This document shows positions 41,269 through 50,747 of a DNA stretch of 64,000 bases, one piece after another. Source of the stretch: Gammaproteobacteria bacterium (GTDB taxonomy: Bacteria > Pseudomonadota > Gammaproteobacteria > JAJPIJ01); NCBI GenBank assembly GCA_022071965.1, contig JAJVIQ010000006.1:2351-66350 (forward strand). Direction: 5' to 3'. The position numbers were made by a program, and so were the translations under genes. How positions within the stretch are numbered: the first letter of the stretch is position 1; the number at the start of each line of letters is the position of its first letter. The notes under the pieces were generated by a model. It was not told the origin of the DNA and did not search any database. It worked only from the letters and a program-made list of their open reading frames with translations.

Positions 41269-42524
41269 GTAGCACCCCCGCCTCCGGCAAGGCGAGCCAG
41301 CAACTCGCCTTCTGCCGCGCCCAAGAGATCGCGCAGAACATCGAGAGCATCGAGCCGCAACAACTCATCCTGGTTCAGATCGGCCGGAAGCTTCTGCTTC
41401 AGTTCCTTCAGGGCATCGTTGGCAAACGAGGTGAGCTGTACCCCATCTTGCGCCAGCGCCTTGAGCTCCCTTACGAGAAGCGCGACTGGATCATCGCCAG
41501 CGGCGAGTCGATCAATCTCGATCGGTGGGCGGACACGGAGATCGACTTTCTCCAGCCAGGCGTTGCCCCCCGACGCGTCTAGTGCGATGGCGCGAAGCTG
41601 TTCAGCCATGACTTCCGGTCGTGCGGATACTTCGCGATGCACAGCGCCCGCGCCATGCACGCGAATGCGCAACCCGAGGATTCGTCCCTCTGTGTGAGCA
41701 AGCCTGGTCCTCACGTCGATTGCGACCCGGTCGAGAAGCGCGTCAAGGTCCGGCATCCCAGCCACGTCGATGACCAACTCAGACCAGCGCAAGATATCAA
41801 GTGCAACTGGCTCCGTGGTGACGCTGCCATCGTCGACAGTGACCAGTTCGCAGCCCTTTGCACCCTGCTCCCTGATGTGCCGGCCCTGGCTGTTGCCGGG
41901 ATACACCACCCACGGGTCGCGCGAGACGATCTCCCGGGCGTGAACATGCCCGAGCGCCCAGTAGTCGTAACCCTTCGAGCGCAAGACATGCTCCGTCGTT
42001 GGCGCGTAGTTATCGTGTCCAGGCCTGCCAGTTAGTGAGGTATGAAGGACACCGAGATTAAAGTAGCCGTGTACCGCCTGCGGATACCCGGCTGCAAGGT
42101 CATCGAGAACCGCAGCCGTTGCAAAGCTTTGCCCGTGGACGGCTAGGCCGAGGTTTTCGTCCGTAAATGTCGTTGGCGCCTTGTCAGGGAACAGGAAGAC
42201 GTTCTTTGGCAAGGGGAGCGACCGTGTCAGCTTGCTCGCGGCGTCGTGGTTTCCGCGAAGCACATAGACCGAGATACCGGATTCACCGAGCTGCGCCATC
42301 CCCTTGGCGAAGAACAGGCCCGTATTGAAGTCGGGCCAGTCGCCGTCGTAGAGATCTCCCGCGATGACGACAAAGTCCACGCGCTCGCGCAGCGCATGCT
42401 GGACCATGTTCTCGAATGCACGCCGGGTTGCCCCCCGCACCTCGTCCACGGGTGCGCCCTCATAGCGCTCCAGTCCCCGGAGCGGGCTATCAAGATGGAT
42501 GTCCGCGCAATGAAGGAACCGCAT
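41265..42524 (-). CDS. SbcD/Mre11-like metallophosphoesterase (DNA repair exonuclease family)
   Basis: MRFLHCADIHLDSPL (motif I), VIAGDLYD (II), RGNHD (III), ...GHVH (V) are the calcineurin-like phosphoesterase motifs in Mre11/SbcD order, and the C-terminal domain is present. Confidence 0.8.
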   Translation of the reverse strand: MRFLHCADIHLDSPLRGLERYEGAPVDEVRGATRRAFENMVQHALRERVDFVVIAGDLYDGDWPDFNTGLFFAKGMAQLGESGISVYVLRGNHDAASKLTRSLPLPKNVFLFPDKAPTTFTDENLGLAVHGQSFATAAVLDDLAAGYPQAVHGYFNLGVLHTSLTGRPGHDNYAPTTEHVLRSKGYDYWALGHVHAREIVSRDPWVVYPGNSQGRHIREQGAKGCELVTVDDGSVTTEPVALDILRWSELVIDVAGMPDLDALLDRVAIDVRTRLAHTEGRILGLRIRVHGAGAVHREVSARPEVMAEQLRAIALDASGGNAWLEKVDLRVRPPIEIDRLAAGDDPVALLVRELKALAQDGVQLTSFANDALKELKQKLPADLNQDELLRLDALDVLRDLLGAAEGELLARLAGGGGAT

Positions 42525-43494
42525 ATGGACTTTCCCGGAGTCGGTAACAGTTCCTTTGACGAAGTTACGCCTGCGACGAATCCAGTATAAGCGTCACCGA
42601 GCGTTCCCCGCACCTGCGACGCAGATTCCTGAACATCGCCTCAAACGTGCACCAATGGCCCTAATTGGGTTACTACACGCGACTGCACTTGGCCGATATG
42701 GGCCGATAAGCAGATGCTTGCTATGCTGCAACGCGATGAACAAGGGAACTTGCTCATCTCACGCGCCTGCTGCCCCCCCAACTACATCGCTCAACACGAC
42801 CGTCTATGCTTAGCGATGCGACTTCCCTTCAAGATTTTTGCCTGGGACTATCTCGGCCGCGGTGTTGCCGACCGAATGAACGGGGTGAACAGCCGTAATA
42901 ATTACGTCTATCGGCTCGTCCACGGCGTTAAGGACGCCACCATGCGGGTGAGGGACCACGGTGGGCCCATGTCGGAACTGGGGTCCGCACTGTCCCGCCT
43001 GCGGGACCGGCTTCAGGACACCCGGGACCATCCGGATGCTGTTGGCGCCCCACATAGGACGCGACAGATTAATTACCGGAGACTGTGATCGGGTCCCCAT
43101 CGCCCCCCGATTGCATTACCTCCAATGTGCAATAGCACACTTTGCCAGCATTTCGGTTGGCCCCGTTGTGGCTTCTGTTGTCCAATCGCCATGAGTGCGG
43201 GAAACTAATTGCACGACCAAATGGAAAGGACCGCCATGGTGGCGCCTCTGTTTTGTATTGCGGCAGCGCATCATCGCCACTTGGCACGTCTCAATTCCTC
43301 ATGCCCCGTCGTGTCCAAACTTGCGGACGGCACCCGCAGCACCGCGGCAAACAAGAGCTGTCGCCTCCGCGCCCGAGGATCGTCCACAGGGGGGGAATGC
43401 CGAATTTGGGGCAGCGCAATCACAGCCGGTCGTCGTGTAGGCGTAGATTGCCCGCACAAGCGATTCGCGGTCACAAACATCGATAGCTTCAGAA

Positions 43495-44283
43495 GTGAGT
43501 GTCGCATTGAAATTTCTTGTCGGCATTCTTGTGCTGTGGCTCGTGCTTGGGGGGCTGGGGACCATGTTTGGCTGGTTAAGAGCGCTCTTTGAGCGTAGCC
43601 CTACGCCGCCACAAGACCGGTCGCCACGACCCGAGGTCCGCACCAAGCCTTCGGCGCCGAACACCTATCGGCCATCACCCCGCGCAGCCACTAGGCCGAT
43701 TAGGTTTACGAGCGGGGGCGCAAATCGCACTGGGGCATCTGCCCGCAATGCCGCTGATCTGTCAGGCATCAATGACGCTTTCACCGGAAGGCGCCTCGAC
43801 CTAAGCCAACCCGTGTACGAGTGCGTCGGCTGCCACGTATTCTACCAGGCCGCAAGCGTGGAGGTCCTGCGCGAGGCCAACAGCTCTCGGTGCATGGTCT
43901 GCGGTAGCACGCAGATTGCTGAGCATGGGAAGGGGAAGGGGCAGGAGCGCGCGGAAGCGCGCAACTATACGCCGAATGCGGTCGCCCTCAATAATTACAG
44001 GGAGCACATCGGACAGGTCATTACTTTCACCGGCTATGTCTATGATGTGAAGCAGAGCCGTCGAGGCCTGGATTACGCGGTAATGTTTGAGCGGGCATCC
44101 TGGACAAAAGGTCTCAAAATGGTTGCATTTAGGGGTGGCGTGCGAAAGTTGGGTGGTGCCGCCACACTAAAAAGCTACGCTGGGAAGACGCTGACGATTC
44201 GTGGACTCCTGATTCAGGACCCAATTTTCGGGCCGGAAATCATTGTTGATGACCCAGCGATGGTCATCCGAGTCGACTCATGA
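43495..44283 (+). CDS. Membrane-anchored zinc-ribbon protein with a C-terminal beta-rich domain, first gene of the Ubl-conjugation operon
   Basis: GTG start, one N-terminal TM helix (FLVGILVLWLVLGGLGTMFGWL), a Pro/Arg-rich linker, then CVGCHVF...CMVCGS (a CxxC x21 CxxC ribbon), then a roughly 110-aa domain. The stop overlaps the next ATG (ATGA). Confidence 0.6.
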   Translation: MSVALKFLVGILVLWLVLGGLGTMFGWLRALFERSPTPPQDRSPRPEVRTKPSAPNTYRPSPRAATRPIRFTSGGANRTGASARNAADLSGINDAFTGRRLDLSQPVYECVGCHVFYQAASVEVLREANSSRCMVCGSTQIAEHGKGKGQERAEARNYTPNAVALNNYREHIGQVITFTGYVYDVKQSRRGLDYAVMFERASWTKGLKMVAFRGGVRKLGGAATLKSYAGKTLTIRGLLIQDPIFGPEIIVDDPAMVIRVDS

Positions 44284-44534
44284 AGTGGCGCAACATTCCA
44301 AGAAATTACCGTGACCGGCTTGCCGAACTCACGGAGCAGTTATCCCGCGACCCTTACGCCGTTCTAGGGATCACAGAGGAGGTGACTGACGAAGAGGTTA
44401 AGCAAGCGTACCGTAAACTCGTCAGCGCTTACCATCCGGATAAGCAGGGCGTTTTCCTGCGAGTACATGCGCAGGAGGTCATCAAGATCGTGAATGCGGC
44501 CTATGAGCGCATTTGCGCGATGAGAAACCTATGA
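44280..44534 (+). CDS. J-domain (DnaJ-like) small protein
   Basis: DPYAVLGITEEVTDEEVKQAYRKLVSAYHPDK has the invariant HPD tripeptide and helix II/III spacing of the J domain. 84 aa. ATGA-coupled on both sides. Confidence 0.8.
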   Translation: MKWRNIPRNYRDRLAELTEQLSRDPYAVLGITEEVTDEEVKQAYRKLVSAYHPDKQGVFLRVHAQEVIKIVNAAYERICAMRNL

Positions 44535-45667
44535 CAGATCGCTACCTCCGCCACAACCTCATTGACTGGTTCGATCAGGATCTGCTCAAGACGCTCAGTG
44601 CACTTGTCGTCGGTGCTGGGGCTGTCGGTAACGAGGTTATAAAGAACCTGTGTTTGCTCGGCATAGGCACAATTCGCATCGTCGATTTCGACACAATAGA
44701 AGTACACAATCTTACTCGGAGCGTACTGTTCACGGAGGCGGACGTCGGCAAGAACAAGGCACTCGCGGCGGCGGAAGCAGCAGCAAAGCTGGACCCCTAT
44801 TGCAGCATTGAGGCTATTTCTGGAGATTTCTGGGACAAGATCAGCTTTGCAAAATTGCAGGAGGCATCTATTGTCTTTTGCTGCGTCGATAATTTCGAAG
44901 CCAGATTCCGCATCAATCGCATGTGCAGTCTACTTGGCGTCGATCTGATCAACACCGGAATTGATTCGCGCAATGTCTTGGCCGAGATCTTCCCGTTCGC
45001 GCGCGATCCCGACTCAGCGTGCTTCGAATGTAACCTGCCGCCCTCGACGTATCAGCGAGTGGCCGAGCGTTACTCGTGCGGTTGGCTTCAAAAGGTCTCC
45101 TTTGAGGCACGGAAAATTCCAACGACCGCCATCACCGCGAGCTTTGCGGGCGCCATGGCGACCTCGCTCTTCTTGTATTCTTTCCGAGAAGATTCGGAGC
45201 CCGGCGCACGCCGACTTTTTTACGACACTGTCACTGGCAGTGCGTCCAAGGTGAACCTGCCAATGAACCCGGCCTGCGTGTGTTGCAGTACCCAGTCGGC
45301 ACCACGACTTCTGGTTCGTGCACAGCGCGTCATCGGACAAGACCTGCCGTGGCTCAAATCATTGCCCTTAGATGTCACCGTGACGGTAAGCGATCCAATC
45401 TTGGTTACTTGGGAGATGCCGAACTGCGCGGTATGCTCGTCCACCGCCCCCGAGTGCGTTCTAGACCTCGCCTCGAACTATAATGAGTCCCACACGATAT
45501 GCACTAAATGCGGGCTTAAGCAGCGACTAGCGGTGATTCGTGACCAGTTCTCGCTTGGCGAACTTGTCGAGAAGTTTAGTGGGCGGCCGTTACCCGGGAA
45601 GTTCTTGTGCTTTGAGGGTGATGGCACACAGATTGTCGTTGAGTTGCAGGACGGAGGCTCTGAATGA
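44531..45667 (+). CDS. E1-like ubiquitin-activating enzyme (ThiF/MoeB/UBA fold), BilD-like
   Basis: LLKTLSALVVGAGAVGNEVIKNLCLLGIGTIRIVDFDTIEVHNLTRSVLFTEADVGKNKA is the nucleotide-binding Rossmann motif of E1 enzymes. There are downstream Cys pairs (CFEC...CVCC). Start at ATG 44531, overlapping the J-domain stop. Confidence 0.85.
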   Translation: MTDRYLRHNLIDWFDQDLLKTLSALVVGAGAVGNEVIKNLCLLGIGTIRIVDFDTIEVHNLTRSVLFTEADVGKNKALAAAEAAAKLDPYCSIEAISGDFWDKISFAKLQEASIVFCCVDNFEARFRINRMCSLLGVDLINTGIDSRNVLAEIFPFARDPDSACFECNLPPSTYQRVAERYSCGWLQKVSFEARKIPTTAITASFAGAMATSLFLYSFREDSEPGARRLFYDTVTGSASKVNLPMNPACVCCSTQSAPRLLVRAQRVIGQDLPWLKSLPLDVTVTVSDPILVTWEMPNCAVCSSTAPECVLDLASNYNESHTICTKCGLKQRLAVIRDQFSLGELVEKFSGRPLPGKFLCFEGDGTQIVVELQDGGSE

Positions 45668-45921
45668 CTGAAATTAATATCGTAATCCGCACTGCGGACC
45701 AGACCCGCAAGGCAGAAGTGACGCTACCAGGCTCCCACACCGGCGCCGATGTAATCCAAGCCGCCGTGGACAACTGGTCGTTACCACGAGATACGGACTA
45801 TTCCCTCGTCAACACACGCTCCGCCCAGCCTGTACAGCCCGCCAATAGCTTGGAAAAGCAAGGCGTACAGAACGGTGATGTGCTAGAGGTTCAGCCCGTA
45901 CTCGTGGCTGGGCTATCGTAG
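45664..45921 (+). CDS. Ubiquitin-like beta-grasp protein (BilA-like), probably made as a precursor ending ...VAG-LS
   Basis: 85 aa. INIVIRTADQTRKAEVTLPGSHTGADVIQAAV...GDVLEVQPVLVAGLS has a beta-grasp-like pattern. There is a Gly two residues before the C-terminus. ATGA-coupled to E1. Confidence 0.65.
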   Translation: MTEINIVIRTADQTRKAEVTLPGSHTGADVIQAAVDNWSLPRDTDYSLVNTRSAQPVQPANSLEKQGVQNGDVLEVQPVLVAGLS

Positions 45922-45927
45922 GCCTCC

Positions 45928-46581
45928 ATGACCGCGTTCTTTGCTCGCCGCGATGAGGATATCGCTAAGCTCAAGGAGCTCGAGCGGCAGACGGGCGGCC
46001 GTATCAAGGTCACCCGCGTCTCCGGTAATCCCATTTCCCAGATTGATCTGAAACTAAAGGTTCGTACTGCTGGCGACGATCGCTTTCCGTCCAAGGTTCT
46101 GAATGAGGTTGATGCAACGATCCAGCTTGGAGCACGATACCCGTTCGAGGAGCCTTCCGTATCGCTGCCCACAAAAGTGTTCAACCCTAATGTCTACACC
46201 AGCGGACGCGTCTGTCTAGGATCGAAGTGGCTTTCTACGGAATATCTTGACCTTCTCGCGCAACGCCTGTTCAAGATCTTGGCATTCGACGAGTCCATCG
46301 TAAACACGGCATCCGCAGCAAATGGAGAGGCTGCCCGATGGTACATCCGCGCTAAGTCAGCGCGCCCCGCGGACTTCCCAACTGACTCGTTGCCGGTCGC
46401 ATCTTCGAAGTCGCCCTCCGCCGTGAGGTGGACGGACAAACCCGCGCCGCAGCCGGTGTCGTCTGTTGCCCGAGTTATCGTCACTTGCCCGAAGTGTCAG
46501 ACAAAGCTGCGACTACCGGCAGGCAACAGCGGCAGTGTCCGCTGTCCAGCCTGCAAACATTCTTTTTCCGCAACCACATGA
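45928..46581 (+). CDS. E2-like ubiquitin-conjugating enzyme (UBC fold, BilB-like) with a C-terminal zinc ribbon
   Basis: ...ARYPFEEPSVSLPTKVFNPNVYTSGRVCLGSKW matches the E2 HPN-x6-CL catalytic loop with the catalytic Cys. C-terminal CPKC...CPAC. Confidence 0.75.
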   Translation: MTAFFARRDEDIAKLKELERQTGGRIKVTRVSGNPISQIDLKLKVRTAGDDRFPSKVLNEVDATIQLGARYPFEEPSVSLPTKVFNPNVYTSGRVCLGSKWLSTEYLDLLAQRLFKILAFDESIVNTASAANGEAARWYIRAKSARPADFPTDSLPVASSKSPSAVRWTDKPAPQPVSSVARVIVTCPKCQTKLRLPAGNSGSVRCPACKHSFSATT

Positions 46582-47168
46582 TTGAGTGGAAGACCGTAGA
46601 TCCTGATTCGACTCCGCGCGATCTCGCCACTATTTTGGCATCACTTTCATTTGTCGACGTACTTGCGATAACTACAGCATTGTCACGCGGGGCGCTGTTA
46701 CTATTTGCCGCCGATGCTCGTGAGACAATAGTGCAGCACGTTTCGGCGCGACGCGAGGAAAGTGGAGGTTTGCTCCTGGGCGTGGCAGTAACCCCCGGCA
46801 GAATCGGCCAGACGGTTGCCAATCCGATCGTCTGCGTGACTGATGCAGTTCCCTCGCGAGAATATCAAGGAACATCCGTCTCGCTTCACATGGACGCGTC
46901 TGTATGGACATCCGCCATCCCCCAAAGGGAGACCGGTCTAATGGTCGTGGGATGGTTCCACAGTCACCCGAATCTCGGCGCCTTTTTCAGTGGGACAGAT
47001 CGTTCAACGCAGCGAAAGTTTTTTGGCCATGAGTACTCACTGGGCTACGTGATAGATCCAATACGCGACGAACACGCGTACTTCCTCGGCGCAGATTCAG
47101 AGGAGATAGGAAGTGACACCGTGGTCGATTACCCGAGCAAGGCGACCCTGCCAGCATGCCTCCGATGA
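46578..47168 (+). CDS. JAB/JAMM (MPN+) metalloprotease, deubiquitinase-like (BilC-like)
   Basis: EESGGLLLG (Glu), GWFHSHPNLGAFFSGTD is the JAMM motif HxHx7Sx2D. The start ATG overlaps the E2 stop (ATGA). Confidence 0.85.
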   Translation: MIEWKTVDPDSTPRDLATILASLSFVDVLAITTALSRGALLLFAADARETIVQHVSARREESGGLLLGVAVTPGRIGQTVANPIVCVTDAVPSREYQGTSVSLHMDASVWTSAIPQRETGLMVVGWFHSHPNLGAFFSGTDRSTQRKFFGHEYSLGYVIDPIRDEHAYFLGADSEEIGSDTVVDYPSKATLPACLR

Positions 47169-47306
47169 TGGAAATCGCTAATCATGGGGACATCCATGGT
47201 TCCCACATCGGTTTGTCGCCCACAAAACTCGCGGTGTATTGCATTTCACTGACCTGCTCCCGGTTTTAGTACCATCGGCTTGTTCGTAGAATCCGTGGTT
47301 GCGATG

Positions 47307-48137
47307 TTACCCAATGTCGTTCTGCGTTTGTTCGTTGCCTCGTTGCCGGTGCTTGGCGGCAAACTCCGCCGGGGTCATGTATCCCAGCGCACTGTGGGGA
47401 CGTTGCTCGTTGTAATCCCGTCGCCATTCCGCCACGGTGCTGCGTGCCTGCGCCAAGCTGGTGAACCAGTGTTCATTCAGGTACTCGTCGCGAAACTTGC
47501 CGTTAAACGACTCGCTGTAGGCGTTCTGGATCGGCTTGCCTGGCTCGATCATTTTCAGCTCCACCCCATGACGATACGCCCACTGGTCCAGCGCCTTGGT
47601 CGTGAACTCCGGGCCGTGATCGGTGCGGATCGCCTTCGGTCGGCCCCGGAATCGCACGGCTTGATCCAGCACACGGGAGACGTAGAGCCCTGCGATCCCG
47701 TGATCGAGCACGATGTCCACCGCCTCCTTGCTGAAGTCGTCAACAATCGTCAGGCACTTCAAGCGCCGGCCGTTGCTCAGCGCATCGGAAACTAAATCCA
47801 TCGACCAGACTTCGTTGACCGCCGTAGGCAACTTCAGCGCTTCCCGCTCCATCGCCACCCCCTGCCGGCGACGTCGTCGCCGCACCGCCAGCCGCTCCGC
47901 CCGATACAACCGGTATACCCGTTTGTGATTCGCCTTCACTCCCTCGCGCCGCAGCAGCACGTGAATCCGACGGTAGCCGAATCGCCGGCGCGCCTGCGCC
48001 AACTTCACGATCCGACCCCTCAGCCGCTGCTCCTCCTCACAGTGCCGCGCCTGGTAGTGCAGCACCGTGCGCGAGATGCCCATCAGCCCACAGGCACGCC
48101 GCTCCGAGATCTTTACCTTCGCCCGCATCGCCTCCAC
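47307..48137 (-). CDS. IS3-family transposase OrfB (DDE integrase core)
   Basis: ...WSMDLVSD...[10 protein letters not shown]...[17 protein letters not shown] is a DDE catalytic core with the rve domain. Confidence 0.9.
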   Translation of the reverse strand: MEAMRAKVKISERRACGLMGISRTVLHYQARHCEEEQRLRGRIVKLAQARRRFGYRRIHVLLRREGVKANHKRVYRLYRAERLAVRRRRRRQGVAMEREALKLPTAVNEVWSMDLVSDALSNGRRLKCLTIVDDFSKEAVDIVLDHGIAGLYVSRVLDQAVRFRGRPKAIRTDHGPEFTTKALDQWAYRHGVELKMIEPGKPIQNAYSESFNGKFRDEYLNEHWFTSLAQARSTVAEWRRDYNEQRPHSALGYMTPAEFAAKHRQRGNEQTQNDIG

Positions 48138-48160
48138 GGCCTCCCGGCGCGCCTGCGGGC

Positions 48161-48451
48161 TTACCGCTTTCCCCGCGCCACCACCTTCAGCGCCTCGATA
48201 TCCAGCATCGCCTCGGCCAGCAGCTTCTTAAGCCTCCCGTTCTCCGACTCCAACTCCCGCAACCGACGGGCCTCCGACACCTCCATCCCGCCGTATTTGC
48301 TGCGCCACAGGTAGAACGCGCCGTCGGAAAACCCATGCTTGCGGCACAGCTCCTTGACCGATACCCCAGCCTCCGCTTCCTTGACCGATACCCCAGCCTC
48401 CCCTTCCTTCAGAAGACCAATGATCTGCTCTTCGGTGAACCGCCTTTTCAT
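48161..48451 (-). CDS. IS3-family transposase OrfA (HTH), with an in-frame 7-aa tandem duplication
   Basis: [55 protein letters not shown]... leucine zipper. EAGVSVK is duplicated, coming from a 21-bp tandem repeat at about 48353-48394. Confidence 0.85.
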   Translation of the reverse strand: MKRRFTEEQIIGLLKEGEAGVSVKEAEAGVSVKELCRKHGFSDGAFYLWRSKYGGMEVSEARRLRELESENGRLKKLLAEAMLDIEALKVVARGKR

Positions 48452-48566
48452 GTCCGTTCTCTCCTCCGAAAACGGACTCTACTAAACTCACCTTGGCACT
48501 GAAATCCGGGGGCAGGTCACACGGAGCCAGACTGCGATTCGCTATAGGCTGCGTTGCGATTTACAG

Positions 48567-50405
48567 CTAACCTTGGTCGAGTTTCGTCCTCCGCCAGACC
48601 AGAGACGGCGAAGGCCGAATCGTCGCTGCGGCGCTGTACGACTTACGGGCTTCCGTGAGATTGCCTTTAGCCTGCTGGATGTCACCCTTGAGACTTAGGC
48701 TGTAAAATTTGAATGCTGGAATGTCGTGCATTCGATTGGCCAACTCATCGCCGAGTTCGAACGTCGCCGGTTCTGCAAGTGGCTGGGAGACATCCCACGC
48801 TGCGAGAACTTCTGGGGTAGCAACCGGTGTTGGCACGTTCGCGAACACGCGCGTCTCTCCTGCCTGTGCGGCCACCACTCCTGCGAGCAACTGCACGCCG
48901 GGCATGTGTGTGACAGATGGAGAGGCCTCCTCGGCTTTCTGCAGGGCTAGCGCAGCTAGGCTAGGCCAATTGAGCGAGTTAAGAAGATCGGCGGTAAGAA
49001 CCCATTTGCCGGAGTCCGGCAGATGCGGCGATTCTCGTTCGAACTCGGTATATGCGATGCGAATCAGGGCTTCGGGTGGACCCTTATCATCTGTCGCGGC
49101 CTCCTTGAAGCGCTCGGACAGCTGCGGGTCGGCGAGCGCCGCGTTAATTTGCGCGGTCACACTCTTGGCGATTCTGTCCTGCTGGGCCTTGATTATCGAA
49201 ATGTCGGGCACACGGACGATCACCCTCCTGTCCGGCGCATTGTCGGTTCTCAAAATGAAGTGGTATTCGGTAATGCTAGGACTGGCGGACCGGGAAAGTG
49301 CAACGCTCATCCTTGAAGTTTGTTGAGCGGGAATCTCTCGCGGCGTGTCATCGGGCCACAGAAGTAATGCTGGATCGGAAACTTCCGCCAATGTAAAGCG
49401 AAGGGCGCTGCCTCCCGCATTGACAAGACGCGCGGATTGCTTGCCCAGAACATTGGTGAGATTAAAGACGGCATCTGCACCTTCGGACGTGAAATCGGGT
49501 GTCTCCAGCTTTGCTTCGAGCTCACGCCTCAGCACGTAATCGTTCAGGGCGTTCGCGAGCACGACAATGGAGTCATGCTCCGGCCGGTTAGGCTTGACGA
49601 TGTCGATGTGGTTGGCCTCGATGGCGGGCGGGCTGCCCTCGCAAAAGCGTGTGGCGCTCGACCATGTAACGATTTTGCCAGGTCCCATCGGAATAGTTTC
49701 GTAGGCGCACCGCACATGGGGCCGTTCGTTTTGCGACATTGAGTTCCATTCATCGCTTAATGTCTTCAAGAGATCGTTGCCATCTGCCTCCGTCATCTGT
49801 CCGAGCGCGGTATTTGGAGCGAACATCTGCCCAATCAGGGCAATCTTTGCGCCTTCCTGAGGCGTCGCGTAAAACACCACCACGGGCACTTTTCCAAGGA
49901 TATCCCGATGCGTAAGGAGCTCGCGCATAACTACGAGCCCTCCCATGCTGTGGGCAACAAACACAACGGCCGGATAATTCAAGATTCCGTGGTACTGGAG
50001 CCGTTCGTGTAGGCGATTCGCGGCTTCGCGAATATCGAATGAACCGCCTTTGAGCAGAAATGATGGAAACCCGAATACAAATGCATCTGCCTTGCCCTTC
50101 GTGTTCGGGTTCTCGTCCACCAGACCGAAGAATGTCTTTCCATTCGATGCTGTCCAAGTGTCGACCATGTCACCGAAGACACCGTGGACATACACCAGCG
50201 CCAACTTGGCCGGGGGCTCTTGCTGCACGACCCAGTGCGGATCGGGGTCGCTCGGGGATGTTATTGGGGAGGCTGGATTTACATCCGGCTCATTGTCACA
50301 ACCGCTGGACACGGTGAGACCCAAAAGCAAAATGATAACGGCCGCTAGGCGCACCACTGATCGAATCCTCCTGCTTCCCTTCGATCTGGCCCAGCCAAAT
50401 TGCAC
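48567..50405 (-). CDS. Lipoprotein with an alpha/beta-hydrolase (lipase/esterase-like) domain
   Basis: Lipobox LTVSSGC, then VYVHGVFGD...VVFVAHSMGGLV (a GxSxG nucleophile elbow), then a long C-terminal region of unknown function. Confidence 0.65.
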   Translation of the reverse strand: MQFGWARSKGSRRIRSVVRLAAVIILLLGLTVSSGCDNEPDVNPASPITSPSDPDPHWVVQQEPPAKLALVYVHGVFGDMVDTWTASNGKTFFGLVDENPNTKGKADAFVFGFPSFLLKGGSFDIREAANRLHERLQYHGILNYPAVVFVAHSMGGLVVMRELLTHRDILGKVPVVVFYATPQEGAKIALIGQMFAPNTALGQMTEADGNDLLKTLSDEWNSMSQNERPHVRCAYETIPMGPGKIVTWSSATRFCEGSPPAIEANHIDIVKPNRPEHDSIVVLANALNDYVLRRELEAKLETPDFTSEGADAVFNLTNVLGKQSARLVNAGGSALRFTLAEVSDPALLLWPDDTPREIPAQQTSRMSVALSRSASPSITEYHFILRTDNAPDRRVIVRVPDISIIKAQQDRIAKSVTAQINAALADPQLSERFKEAATDDKGPPEALIRIAYTEFERESPHLPDSGKWVLTADLLNSLNWPSLAALALQKAEEASPSVTHMPGVQLLAGVVAAQAGETRVFANVPTPVATPEVLAAWDVSQPLAEPATFELGDELANRMHDIPAFKFYSLSLKGDIQQAKGNLTEARKSYSAAATIRPSPSLVWRRTKLDQG

Positions 50406-50747
50406 AACGCTACAGGCACCGTTGTCTCCAAAGCCGTCCCTTTACAGCGTTCGCTACCTTCGCGCAAGCCCGCGAGTAATGCATTAGATTTGCCCTATTG
50501 TCTTGGAGTTTAGCGCGGTTTAGCGCATTTTCCACGAGGCGGCGCCCCGCCAACGTACAGCGCTATTTGGAGGGCAAGTTCAAGGATGCGCTACCGGCCG
50601 CCTACGAGGCGATGAAGGTGCTCGCTGACGCCTTTCCGCCGAAAAAGCTCGCGGTTGAGGCCTTCCACCTGTACGAGCAATTCCGACCAGCCGTGCCCGC
50701 CGGGCAGCGCGGATGGGGCGCTGCTGGCACACTCGACCTTGACAGTA

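Larger units (their letters stand above)
47250..48519 (-). mobile_element. IS3-family insertion sequence (IS407 group), about 1270 bp, apparently complete
   Basis: Terminal inverted repeats TGACCTGCTCCCGG (47250...) and, in reverse complement, TGACCTGCCCCCGG (...48519) match the IS407-group IR consensus TGACCTGCCCCC. It is flanked by CAC on both sides. It holds orfA (48161-48451) and an overlapping orfB (47307-48137), both on the minus strand. Confidence 0.85.

Noticed and set aside
42714-43088. 124-aa ORF in the 970-bp region between the sbcD-like gene and the Ubl operon
   Set aside because: No domain, atypical composition and no clear translation signals. The region more likely holds divergent promoters. 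Might still hide a small regulator.
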